Shown here: positions 29,578 through 41,200 of the stretch, piece after piece
Numbering within the stretch: the stretch's first letter is position 1
Layout: the number at the start of each line of letters is the position of its first letter
The notes under the pieces: generated by a model
Database searches by the model: none
What the model saw: the letters and a program-made list of their open reading frames with translations, nothing else
What the model was told of the DNA's origin: nothing
Origin: a virus
Taxonomy: Duplodnaviria; Heunggongvirae; Uroviricota; Caudoviricetes
IMG/VR virus record: IMGVR_UViG_3300024272_000021
DNA length: 64,000 nucleotides
Strand: one strand, 5' to 3'
Translations under genes and position numbers: made by a program

Positions 29578-30237
29578 ATGGCAGAAACACTAAGCTTTAC
29601 TGGCACTTGCGATTCTGTTTCTTATCTTAGTGCCTCAAACTGGAGTGCGTGGGATGCTTGCTTCCAAGGTACTTACGGTAGTAGTGGTTCTCCTAGACTT
29701 GGAGCTATGCTTTTTTCTACATTGCGAAGTTCTACGACTTGGAGTTCTAAAGATATTTCTGAAATAACTCTTACTTTAACCTTTGGTGAAGCAGGCCATG
29801 GCTCTAATGAAAAAACTCTTTATTTATATCAAGGAACTCAAACCAGTCTTACTGGAACAGGAACTGCGATGAAAGGTACAGCGATTGGTTCTGTACCGAC
29901 TAATGGCAAAGCCTATGGTACTACTAATACAATAACTTTTAATTCTAGCACCAACTCTTCCGCTTTCACAAATTTAGTTTCTTGGCTAAAAAATACTTCT
30001 TCTACAACTCTATGTTTATATACAACTGAAGCTTATGATTCAGGTTATGGATATTCTCCAAACTACCTACAAATTAACGCAGTTACTTTGTCCGTGACCT
30101 TCGGCGGTGGAGGAACTGTAAGGTATGCAACGGGAAATACTTTTGTAGAGTGCGAAGTTTATTATGCTACTGGTGGAAGTTTTGTAAAAGTTCAGCCCTA
30201 TTATGCAACAGGTAATTCGTTTGTTGAAATTGGCTGA
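29578..30237 (+). CDS. Fibre-associated beta-sandwich protein
   Basis: 219-aa Ser/Thr-rich ORF following the fibre gene, with GGAGG RBS. Confidence 0.55.
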   Translation: MAETLSFTGTCDSVSYLSASNWSAWDACFQGTYGSSGSPRLGAMLFSTLRSSTTWSSKDISEITLTLTFGEAGHGSNEKTLYLYQGTQTSLTGTGTAMKGTAIGSVPTNGKAYGTTNTITFNSSTNSSAFTNLVSWLKNTSSTTLCLYTTEAYDSGYGYSPNYLQINAVTLSVTFGGGGTVRYATGNTFVECEVYYATGGSFVKVQPYYATGNSFVEIG

Positions 30238-30239
30238 TA

Positions 30240-30277
30240 AAAAGGATGCTTACAATAAGTAGGCATCCTTTTATTTT
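30240..30277 (+). terminator. Rho-independent terminator
   Basis: AAAAGGATGCTTA-loop-TAGGCATCCTTTT followed by ATTTT. Confidence 0.6.
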
Positions 30278-30302
30278 AAAATTAATAAAAGGAGGAATAA
30301 CA

Positions 30303-30443
30303 ATGAAAATTTCAAATTTAATTAACAAAATTAAAGGTATAGCAATTGAAGCAAATGGCGACGAAAATAATTGTGAAACTATCATTGTTGTGAAAAATGA
30401 AGATGGTACTTATACGGAGGTGACATCTGATGAAGACAATTAG
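30303..30443 (+). CDS. Small acidic hypothetical protein overlapping the endolysin start
   Basis: ATG 30303 after AAGGAGG; 46 aa. Confidence 0.4.
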   Translation: MKISNLINKIKGIAIEANGDENNCETIIVVKNEDGTYTEVTSDEDN

Positions 30444-31206
30444 AAAAGGTTCTAAGGGTGATGAAGTAAAAGTTCTTCAACTTATTCTCGGTGTTGCTGA
30501 CGATGGTATCTTCGGTAATAAAACACAAACTGCTTTAAAAACTTGGCAGGCTAAATATGGCCTTACTGTCGATGGTATTGCAGGATCAAAAACTTGGAAT
30601 AAAATCGTAGAAAAAGCACCAACACTAAAGACTGGCGCAACAGGTGCTTGGGTCAAAGTTCTTGAGGTGTTGCTCGAAACCATGACTGATGATGGTAGAT
30701 ATCTTACTGCAGAAAAACAGGCTGTCAAGGCTTATCAGACTGCCAAAAAGTTATCTGTTGATGGTATTGTTGGTCCTAAGACTTGGGCCGCTTTATTTGG
30801 AGTGTCTACTACTGTAACTACTAACAATGGTGTAAACAGTGTTAAACCTGTCGATTATAAACAGTATGATTCTCGTTGGGGTAGCATTGTGTATACTAAG
30901 AATAATACTTACAATCGTAGACAAACCATTAAGAGCGGTGGTTGTGGTCCAACTTCTGCGGCTGATATAGTGGCTACTTGGTGGGACAAGTCTATTACTC
31001 CTAAGGAGCTCTGTGAGTTGGCGGTGAAATATGGTTATAGGACAGAAAATAGTGGTACAGCTTGGAGTTACTTCAAGTTTATTGCTAATAGATATGGCGC
31101 AAGTAAGTTTGTGCAGACTAGCTCTTTTGCAACTATGCAGGGATGCTTAGCTGATGGTGGTTATGTGGTGGTTTCATTTAGACCATCCAAATGGACCAGC
31201 GGAGGT
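30430..31206 (+). CDS. Endolysin, exon 1 (two peptidoglycan-binding domains plus C39-like peptidase N-part)
   Basis: DGIFGNKT/DGIVGPKTW PGBD motifs; YKQYD..W and GCGPTSAA catalytic Cys motif; joins exon 2 as WTSGG|HY. Confidence 0.85.
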
Positions 31207-31466
31207 TAACAAAATGGCCTCCTAACACGGTGAACCGATACATGTCGGGTGTCGTTCTTTATTGAACGGCTAACGGGGAACGCTAAACGTAATAACGCAT
31301 GCCAATCCCGTGCCAGTTTTTGATTTTCAAATAAGGGTGTAGAGACTATTCCGAGAGGAAGTACATTGCAGGTGAAACTCCTGCTTTGGAAGCGCCGTGC
31401 TTTGATGATAAATATATTGTCAAATGAAGATATAGTCCATCTCCATGGAAACATGGTAGGTTAATG
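31207..31466 (+). mobile_element. Group I intron 3 (ORF-less, 260 nt) in the endolysin
   Basis: P1 GGAGGU/GCCUCC; P10 AAUG/CAUU; P3 CACGGUG/CGCCGUG; P7 GACUA 31344-31348 / UAGUC 31433-31437; terminal G at 31466. Confidence 0.92.
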
Positions 31467-31604
31467 CATTATTGTGTGTTATGGAAAGATGATGGGAAAA
31501 CAATTTACGTAAATGATCCTGCATCTTCAAGCTCCAGTAGAGCAAAAGGTACATATTCAGAAGTTAAAGCTGCTGCAAAGCAGTATTTTTGTTTTTGGAA
31601 GTAA
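31467..31604 (+). CDS. Endolysin, exon 2 (catalytic His and Asp of the C39-like peptidase)
   Basis: HYCVLWKDDGKTIYVNDPAS...YFCFWK*; 304 aa spliced; too short to appear in the ORF track. Confidence 0.85.
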   Translation, partial: HYCVLWKDDGKTIYVNDPASSSSSRAKGTYSEVKAAAKQYFCFWK

Positions 31605-31636
31605 TACATGGAGCAGTTTTAATTTAATATAGTATG

Positions 31637-31676
31637 TAAGGCTCTGTGTTTAACAACGCAGGGCCTTATTTTTTTT
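31637..31676 (+). terminator. Rho-independent terminator
   Basis: TAAGGCTCTGTGTT-loop-AACGCAGGGCCTTA followed by a T-run. Confidence 0.65.
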
Positions 31677-31690
31677 AGGAGTGTATAGTT

Positions 31691-32161
31691 ATGAGGATTA
31701 TAGCATTTGATCAAAGCACAAAAATTTCGGCATATTCCTTATTTGTTGATGGAGTATATGTTGAAAGTGGTGTTATTGATTTGCATAAAATGAAAGATAC
31801 GTCTGAGCGCATTCGTGCTATGGGAGTTGAGCTAGGTAAAACAATTGAAAGATATTCACCAGATAAGGTTGTAATTGAAGAAGTAGCTCAGCAAAGCAAT
31901 CCCCTGACACTTAAGCTACTAGCGCGAATTCAAGGGGTTGTTATAGGATTTTGTGCGGCTCACAATATTGAAACATATATTATCGAACCAAGTAAATGGC
32001 GCTCTACTTTGATGTTCAAACAGGGTTCAGGAGTTAAGCGTCAGGAACTAAAACAGCAGAGTATTGATTATGTAAAAAATACATACGGTCTTGAATTATT
32101 AGAAGATATTTGCGAAGCTATATGCATTAATGAGGCTGCGCATAAGATATATGGATTTTAA
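31691..32161 (+). CDS. RuvC-like Holliday junction resolvase
   Basis: IIAFDQST, VVIEEV, W...L...K and D..EAI motifs of the RNase H/RuvC fold. Confidence 0.8.
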   Translation: MRIIAFDQSTKISAYSLFVDGVYVESGVIDLHKMKDTSERIRAMGVELGKTIERYSPDKVVIEEVAQQSNPLTLKLLARIQGVVIGFCAAHNIETYIIEPSKWRSTLMFKQGSGVKRQELKQQSIDYVKNTYGLELLEDICEAICINEAAHKIYGF

Positions 32162-32183
32162 GTATTAAAAGGAGAGTGTAATT

Positions 32184-32747
32184 ATGAAGGTTAATCAGTT
32201 TATTGAATATATGCAGAAGAGTATTAACAGGACTATGAAGGACGATCAGATTTCTAAGATGGTACAAAAGGTGCTTGAGGTTAAGAAATATATAAGTATT
32301 AAAGACAAGAAAGATCTTATTGAAAGCATCGTGGACGATTGTATCCTTTATGAAGATGGTGTTTTTAAGTTTGACGAGATTGAAAAGTATGTTTGTTTTA
32401 CCATGAGGACAATAGCAGCTTATACCAACCTTGAGGTATCTGATGATATTGAGGATGATTATGATTTACTATGTGAATCTGATCTTTTAAATACTATCGT
32501 GAATGCTTTTAAGGATGAGTATGATAGCGTAAATATTCTACTACAAATGAGATGTGATTATATTTTAAGCGGCAATACCATAGAGGCACAGCTTGGAAAG
32601 TTCCTTGATGAAACTTCTGATAAGATTGATACACTTGTCGGAGCTTTAACCTCTAAAGTTGGAGAACTTAATCTTAGTGAGCTACTAAGTAATGTTAATC
32701 CTGAAAACATTACTAAGTTACTTTCTATTGTTAAATCTGTAAATTAA
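32184..32747 (+). CDS. Hypothetical protein (tail assembly chaperone position)
   Basis: 187-aa acidic helical ORF two genes upstream of the TMP. Confidence 0.5.
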   Translation: MKVNQFIEYMQKSINRTMKDDQISKMVQKVLEVKKYISIKDKKDLIESIVDDCILYEDGVFKFDEIEKYVCFTMRTIAAYTNLEVSDDIEDDYDLLCESDLLNTIVNAFKDEYDSVNILLQMRCDYILSGNTIEAQLGKFLDETSDKIDTLVGALTSKVGELNLSELLSNVNPENITKLLSIVKSVN

Positions 32748-32752
32748 TTTAG

Positions 32753-33358
32753 GTGGTGCATTTTATGGCGAAGGATTTTAATAAAATATTTGATGATATT
32801 TTGAATGATGCCACAAGCGTAGCTGTTGCCGCTATTAAAAATGCAAGTAAGCAAGTTCAAAAAGAAGTATGTGAACAAGCTGAAAAAAACTTACAGAATT
32901 ATTATAAGAGTTATTCTCCTAAACGTTATAAGCGTACCAATAGTTTACGTCGTGCGATTTTGCCATATTATGCAGACAGATCGAATTCCAAAAATATTTG
33001 TATTGAAGTTGGTGTGCAATATAAATCTAGTGCGCTTGTTGGAGCATATAGGAGTAACTCCTGGTATCACCAGGGTGGTGACGACTGGATAAGTAGAGAT
33101 GATGAAGGTTTTGATTGGAATAGTCGTAATAATGGTATTCCTCAGCCCGATTGGATTTTAGAAAACTTTTTAGAGGGTATCCACCCTGTAACAAAAGTTG
33201 GAAAAGAAGTAGATGAATATGACTATATTTATAGCCCTGTTAAAACCAAATCTCAATCTAGTTTGATGGAGAAATTTTTCAATAAAGTTCTGATTCATAA
33301 AATTGATGGTTATGTGAGCGCTGCTATAGAAAGCGCGATTCTCAGTAAATTTAATTAA
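32753..33358 (+). CDS. Hypothetical tail-completion protein
   Basis: Y.P..Y.RT..L motif, as seen in pre-TMP genes; directly upstream of the TMP. Confidence 0.5.
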   Translation: MVHFMAKDFNKIFDDILNDATSVAVAAIKNASKQVQKEVCEQAEKNLQNYYKSYSPKRYKRTNSLRRAILPYYADRSNSKNICIEVGVQYKSSALVGAYRSNSWYHQGGDDWISRDDEGFDWNSRNNGIPQPDWILENFLEGIHPVTKVGKEVDEYDYIYSPVKTKSQSSLMEKFFNKVLIHKIDGYVSAAIESAILSKFN

Positions 33359-33375
33359 AGTGGTGGTGAGCTAAA

Positions 33376-36300
33376 ATGGCTGGTAATGTAACTAAAAAGT
33401 ATACGGTAGGACTTAATCTTGATGTAAAAACTGCTGATGCGCAAGTTAAAAAGCTTGCCACAAACATTAATAATATGTGGGCAGATATGGGTAGCGCAGG
33501 AAATAAGTTTGCCGTTTTGAAGGATTTAGCAGATTATCTTGATCAAATAGATAAGAAAATTGCTGGTTTAAAAGGTAAAGATTTAGATCTTTTTAATAAG
33601 ATATTTGGTGCGGAAGGCGTTAATATTGATAAGGCTTTAAAGCAGGCAATGGAGCCTATTTTAAAGTCTCCTGAATTAATTGCTGATGCGATGAATGATG
33701 TTCAGACAAGATTAGCGGCAGTACAAACCGACCCAAAGGCAAAGGGCACTGCGGCAAGTCTTAGAGAAGTTGGTAAATCTATCAACGAAATGTATAAGCT
33801 TATTGGTCAGGCACCACCTATTGATATCGAAAAACAGCTAACGGGTGGCGGCAAGATTAAAGAAAAGCTTGCTATGTTAACTAAGCATTTTGAAGCTTTT
33901 GAGGTTAAATGGAAAGATGTTATGACAACCGCTGGTTCAGAAGGTGCACAGAGAACAGTAGAAGGTATTCAAGCAGAATTAGATAAGTTAGAACAACAAA
34001 TGAATAGACTTGGAGAAATTCAGAAGAAAATTAGTAATGTTAATAAGAACATGCAAAAATACAATGCGGAAGGAAGTATCTTTTCGCCTCAAACAAAATT
34101 TACTATAGAGGATGTAACAACGGCTATTCAAGAACTTGACACAGCGACAAAAAACTTTAAAAATTTCAAGGGAGACAAGAGTTCTCTTGAATATTTTGCC
34201 ATGTTATCGGACTACATTGAGCAGACTATTAAAGTAAGCAGTATGTATCTATCCATAGGTGCGAGTGGTGTCAATAAAGATTTATATGCACAATTAAAAA
34301 CAACAATTCTTGATGGTAAAACAGAATCACTTGCTGATATAATTGCGCACACAAATGGACAAATGGAAAGTAATTCGTTTAAGGCGCACGTTAAGTCTTT
34401 TTCTGAATATTCGAACTCTATTGATGGTCAAATTGAAACAATTGACTATCAAATGACAACTTTAGAAGATGAGTTAGAAAGACTTGGATCTGCTGCGGAA
34501 AATGCGGGAGCAGGTGTGTTAAAAGTTGGAGAACATGCGGTTAAAACCGCCGAGTATATTCGAGGAATGACCATAGCAATCAAAGAAATGTTTGATGTAT
34601 TATCTCAAACTTCTGACATTGGATATAAAGCATTGATTGATGGTCAAGGCATTGCAGTAAAACCCGGTCAATATAAAGAAATTTCTGCGAAAACTACCGC
34701 AGAAACATTTCTTGCAAACTTAATGCGGGATACCGATGTTGAAGTACATAGTCATCAAGGATTAAGTTCCAGTATTAATGTCCCAAATTTTAGACAGGCT
34801 ATGAAACATCAATATGAAGGTCTAACAAAAATTAGTGCGGTAATTGGTAAGAATGATATTGTCACTTTGGATTTGGCTAAAGTAAAAGCAGAAGACGCAG
34901 CTATTGCTTTAGAAAAGTTAAAAGAAGTAACAAGGGGAGATAATCTTAAAGAAATTTCGGTAGAAAAATTTAATAAAATTTTTACTGATATTAATCCTGA
35001 ATATACAAATATTGCTCAGAGATGGAATCCTTCACAGTTTGGTGATTTAGCGCAAAAAATATTTGATGTTAAACAAAATACACAACAAGCACTTGCTCCT
35101 GTAGAAAGGTTAAAAAATCTTTTAGTTGCGCTTGCTAACAAGAGTATTGATTTCTCTAATTATGAAGATTTATTAAAAACACTTTCTGCTGATAATGTCG
35201 GCGATATTTTTAATCAAATAGCACAAGCAGAAGGGATCAAAGAAGACGGACGAATATTACAGGTTGAAGATATATCTGTTGGAACTGTTCAGGATATTGC
35301 TGCGGATATTCAACGTCAAAAAGAATCGTTTATTGAATTAAGACAGACTGCGGGTGTAACATATAGCGAAATTGCAAAAGCCGCAAAAGAATATTCTGAG
35401 ACATACCATACAGCACAAGGTCAAAACAATGAATTTTTTAAAAAATATTTTCATGCTTCTGAAATAGAAGAAATTCAGAAAAAGTTTATGGACCTTGGGG
35501 ATGGTTTTCGTGATTTAAATGGTATAACAAGAGAATTAGCCGTAGACTTTGGTATAGATCCCGAAGACATCGAGTCTTTTGAACGTACAGAAAATGCTGC
35601 GCAACAAGCAGCGGTTAAATTAAAAGAACTTGATGAAATTGGGGAGTCTATTGATTCTCTATATTATGGTCACGAAATGACAGATGTTCGTATTGGTAAA
35701 TATACCGAACAATTAGATGCCGCAGAAAAGGCAATTAAGTCTTTAGGTGAGCAAGAGGTATTAACCGCACAACAAATAGAACATGCTAATGAAGTTATTG
35801 CAAATTCTAGAAAAATATTACAAATGGCGACAAATGACAATGAAGATGCACGTAAGGAAGCTGAAGGTAAATATGATTATACTTACGAACCAGAATTAGC
35901 AGTGGCTGAAGCTGAAAATAAGACTCTTCGTGCAGAGAATAATGATTTAAGACAACAACTTGCAGATGGGAAGGCAAAACAAGCTGCTGTTGAACAAAAT
36001 GGTGAAGTTACAACACAATCCGAAGCAGATCTAAATCATGAAGTTGCCGAAACAGCACAAGTTCAAGAACAATTGGAAACCGAACGTCAGATTACTGCAG
36101 AAAAACAAAAACAGTCTGATATAGTTTACCATGCAGGCGATTTAAGTAAGATAGATAAAACAGCAAAATCTTTCCCCTTGGGCCATGTAATTCCCAGTGC
36201 AAGTGATGTTATTTTTAATGGTGCAACAGGTTTATATACAACCGAAGATGTTAGACAATTTATAGGTAATGAATGGGATGGCGCTCCAGTAAGCTCTATC

Positions 36301-39300
36301 GATTTGTCCCAATATAAAATGTTCGATGCAAGAGTAGGCGAACTTGCTGCAAAGGCGAATGAATTTTTTACCAACTTAAATGGTGTTATATATGGTTATT
36401 TAATGGACTTCTCAGGTGAAGAGGTAGCTAAAATAACAAATACTATGAGCGTAGAAGATCTATACGCACAGTTCCAAGAAGTATTTAAAGGTATCAATAT
36501 GGATTTTGAAACCTTTAAAAATTTTGTTGAAAAGTCCCAGGCAATTGTTGAAGGACATGATTTCGCGGAATTTAAGCAACCTGCTATAGATCAAGGCATT
36601 GCAAAAGCAGGAGTAGCCCATAAACTACAGGGTGTTTCAGAGGAAATATTTAATTCCGATAGCTTCCAGACTCAGTTGATGAAGATGCTTGGATTTGAGG
36701 GCATCGATTTACGTGGAACCAAATTTAATGGCACATATAGCGGCGGCACAGTTGTATTCGATATTAAACCCGAAAGTTTAACGGCTGTTAATGAGAGAAT
36801 GTCCGATGTTATAACTCGTGAGATTCCGAAGGAAGAGTTTGAGATTACACCAGACTATTTAGAGCGTGAAGAAAAGCGTAGGCAGTTAGCTTTTGAGACG
36901 GCTGATGCAAATAGTAAACAGGCTGAAGGAGCTACGGTTGCGGTTAGAGAAGAAACGGCTGCACACCAAGCAAATACGGAAGCTATACAAAGAGAAACAG
37001 AAGCCAAGCGTGAACTTGCGGCGACTACAGGGGCAGATTATAGCGAAGATGACAGAATGGTTATAGAGCAAGCCGAAGCTAGAGCGAAAGCCGCAGAACA
37101 GGTTGTTCAACAAGTTAGCGCGAGAGTAAAAGCTGCAGAACAAGCCTCAAAAGAAGCTGGACTTCAAAGAGATCAAAAAGGGTTTGTCGTAGATAAAGCT
37201 AAAGAGACTCTTCGTGGTAAGCAGGCTAAACTAGAAATGGCAGAGCAAGCTAAGACTCAGGCCGAGAATCGACAGCAGTATGTAGAACGGATTAAGGCTG
37301 AGATTGAGGAGGCGCAGCAAGCCGCAGAGCAAGCTAAAGCTGAAGCTGAGGAAGCGCAACGGGCTGCAGGACAGGCTAAAGCAAACGCTGAGATATGGGA
37401 AAATAATATAAGAGAAGCAGAAGCTGCAAAGCGGGATGCGGAAAAGAATTTGGGACAAACTAAGGCAACATCAGAGGTGAAAGCCAAAAGAGCAGAAAAG
37501 GCCAAAGAAAATATACAAACCGCCCAAGACGCCGTTGTTGCATTAGATACTGAATTTCAACGTTACGTGAACCAACTTGAAATAGATGGCAAAATTGATT
37601 TAACAGAAATGATCAATTATGAGGATTATCAAGCCGTTTTAAAATCTATTCATGATGGGACTCATACTACGGTAGAGGCCTGCATTAGTGAATTTGAGAA
37701 ATTAAGTGCGCAACATGATATTTTGCCTCAGCATCAAGAATTAACCGAGAAAGAAAAGAAAATATCCCAAAAACAAACAAAAAAAATAAATGAAAAAAAA
37801 ACTGATTTTCAAATTGCGACACTCGAAGATTTTTCCAACGTTGTTAAACGCAATCAATTCGCAAAGACACAAAACCGACTTCGTCATTCTGATTCATTGC
37901 AACAAGAGATCGATGATACGTCGAGGTCTATGGAGGAATTCCAAAAACAATATGGCAAGATAATTGTTACGATGCGAGATGGCTTAAAACAAGAATCGGA
38001 AACTATGAGCGACCAAATTAGAGAATTTTTATCGAAGGTTTTATATGATAAAGCCGAAATCCAAGATATCGAATTTATATCTACAGCGGAACTTCAAGCT
38101 GAAGCTGAAAAGATTAAAGAGCGCAGAAAAGCTAGAGGTTCTGAAATGGCTCAAATACCCGATTCTGAAAGAGAAGCCAAGATGATTGAAGCGGCTCAAA
38201 CTAGAGCAACAGAGTCTCCTGTTGTAAAAAATGCAGTTAAAATAGCCGAAGAAAAAATAAAAGATGCGAATAGGGCTGCAGAGGAAATTCAAATAGCTGA
38301 AATGGCGTTAAGGGCCGCAGAAGATAAACTTGCAGAGCAGCAAGCCGTTTCTCCTTCTAATATGGCAAGGCGAGCCGAGGAAGCGACTAGAGCAGCTGCA
38401 GCACAAAAATGGATGGCAGAACAAAAGGCTTCGCTTATTGGCAATGATTCTAGCGATTCTGATGTGGCTGAGAAATCTAAAGCAGTTGAAGCGGCTCGGC
38501 TTGAAGTAGAAAATGCGGAAAAGGAATTAGCTCAAGCTCAAAAAGATTTGGAAACAGCAGAGCAAACATATCAAAAAGCGCAAGAAACGGTTCGTGTTGA
38601 AAAGGATGATTTAGTTAAAGCTCAACGCGATAAAGAAGAGGCATATGGCGTTTTATTTGATGCTGAAAAGCAAACTAAATCTGCTCCTGCTGAACCAGCA
38701 CAATTTGATCATGCGGAAAGTATCGAGCAAGAAGCCCAGGCTCATCGTGATAACGCTATCGCTATCGAAGCTGAAACTGCTGCTACTCAAGATCTTGTAA
38801 ATGTTCAAAACCAAGCAGAAGATAGTTCTAATGTAGAAGAAGTTTCTGAATCGTTGCCCGAACCTGAAAAGGTTTTCGATACTGAAAGTGGTCAATTAGC
38901 CATGTTTGAAGGAATGTCCGAGAGTGCTCAAAAGGCAAAGGATGATGTTTCTCAATTAAACGAAGAAGTTAAAGCTATCGAGGGACAGATTGGAATAGAT
39001 GAAATCCAAGAAGAGTTATCTCCCGTTCAAGAGCAACCCGAACCTCAAAATGTTGAAGTTTCTACTGAAAGTATAAATAGGTTAGCTGAAAGTGCCGAAA
39101 AAGCGAAGGCGAATGTTGTAGAATTGAGTAACGCCGTTGAGGAAGTAGACAAAGCAGATGATACACCTGCCGAATCCACTCCCGTAGAAAATATTTCCGA
39201 AGAATTGTCTGAATCCGCAGGCGTCGATCAATTGACTGGCAATGTTAACGAGGCAACAGACGCTCTCATCAGAATGGGCGATGAAGCAAAAACTGTTGAT

Positions 39301-40880
39301 GCCCAAATTGAAAATCTAGGAGATCAATCTACTCAGCCGCTTGTTGAGGTGCCAGAGACTAAAGAGGAACCGCCAATTCAAGTTAACGAAGTAGAAAAGG
39401 TAAACGATGCCCTTAAAGAACAGGAAAATATTGTTCAAGGCATTGCTGATGCTCAAACTCCTGTTGTTAATGACGTCCCTGTTATCGAGGCAGAGAATCA
39501 GGGGTTAAAAGAACAGAAGACTCTTACTGAGGACATTGCAAATGTTCCACAGCCTCCTGTTGAAGAACCAAAGAAAAAGACTAGAAAAAAGAAAATCAAA
39601 GAAGAACCTAAAAAAGATGATACTCCTCAGGAGCACAAGGAAAATGCACAGGCTATTGAAGCTGAAGCTGCGGCTACAGATAAGTTAGCCGATGCAACTA
39701 AAAGGGCAAATGCTGAGAAGAAAAAGGCCGAAGATGTGAAAACATCTTCTCGTAAAAAGGCAACAGTTTCTGACGAGGAAAGAGAAGAAAGAAAGGCTCG
39801 TAAGGCCACTATTGACAGTACGGAGAAAAAGCTGCGCGGAAAATTTAATACTCTTGACTTTAAAGTTGATACACAGAATCTAACTGACGAACAACAAAAA
39901 CTTGCTGATGAATATAAGAAACTTAATGATATTCTTGAGCAGTACGGAAGAGATGCTTCAAAAGTTAGTCAGCAGGAATTGGCCGATACACTACAAAGAG
40001 TTAATGCACTACAGCAAGAAATAGATGCATATAAGACAAAGTATAATATTGTTGATGGTCGTGGTGGCACTAAAAATGCATATGGTAAGACTGCTGTAGT
40101 TAATGCGCGGGCTAAGTACAATTCTATTGAAGGCAGGGCACAAGCATATGCTGGTTCTACTGTTGTCGATCCGAAATTAAAAGAATATAAAGCATCTTTA
40201 GAAGAATTAATAAAACTGCAAGCCCAATACAAGAGTGGACAGGAATTAACTCCTGAACAAGAGACTCAGTTTATAGAGCTAAAAAATAAATGTAATGACT
40301 ATTATAGATCTCTAAAGAAGGTTATTGATGCTTCCGATGAATTAAAAAATAATGGTTCCGAAGTCATGCCTATAATGGATGATATAGCTCTTGATGAATT
40401 TCCTGATAGAGCCCAAGCTTTAAAGAATTATGTTAATGAAATTCATGGATCTCGCGCCGCTATTGGTAAATTAAACGGCGACGCCACCAAGCTGGCATTT
40501 ACTATTAAAAACGGTGACGGAACTATTACCAAGATGACTGCGTCCTTGAATGCGGCGAGAACAGCAATTGTTTCTACCGCTGGAGATACTGAAAAGGCAA
40601 CTACCAAGCTTGGGCAGTTCTTTAGTGGTGTTTGGAGTAAATTTGGAGATTTATGGACATACGCTACTGCAAGATTTGGTGTAGATGAGGTTATTCAGCA
40701 AGTCAGACAGGGTATCCAGTACGTTAGAGATATAGATAGTGCTCTTACTGAACTTAAAAAGGTTACAGATGAAACGGATGCGTCTTATGACAAATTCCTG
40801 CAGACAATGTCTAAATCTGCAAAAGTAGTGGGTAGTACCGTTGCAGATTTAACAAATTCAGCTGCAGATTGGGCAAGGCT
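33376..40880 (+). CDS. Tape measure protein, exon 1 (long N-terminal extension plus start of the PhageMin_Tail-type core)
   Basis: Coiled-coil rich; ends LTELKKVTDETDASY...AADWAR-L, continuing as GYSLEEA at 41201. Confidence 0.85.
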
Positions 40881-41200
40881 TAATATTTAGGTCCCCTATA
40901 TGGCAACATATAGGTAAACACCCATCTCAAAACGGAGAAACTCCTGAGAAGGACAACCCCGTGGGTAATGTTAAATTTTAATATTTCATTTTAAAAAACT
41001 TCATTTTTATAATAATGAAATATTAAATATTTTACGTCCCGTAACGATCACAGCGTAATTGGCAACAATTATGCGTATGGTGGGGCTCTCTACGAGAGCA
41101 AGGTATGATCTGATCTGCACATATAATCTAATAATGAAAGTGCAGAGATAGGCAGAAATGACCTATCCCTTTTTATTTAAATAAAAAGAGTAACAAAATG
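40881..41200 (+). mobile_element. Group I intron 4 (ORF-less, 320 nt) in the TMP gene
   Basis: 8-bp P10 AAUAUUUA with exon-2 UGGAUAUU; P1 GGCU/GGUC; covaried P7 GAUCA 41046-41050 / UGAUC 41111-41115; terminal G at 41200; the frame is restored. Confidence 0.88.

Noticed and set aside
31206-31454. Minus-strand 82-aa ORF
   Set aside because: It is an antisense shadow of intron 3.
32184-33358. Programmed -1 frameshift in the pre-TMP chaperone genes
   Set aside because: No convincing slippery heptamer or overlapping frame was seen; the two ORFs are separated and the second has its own RBS.
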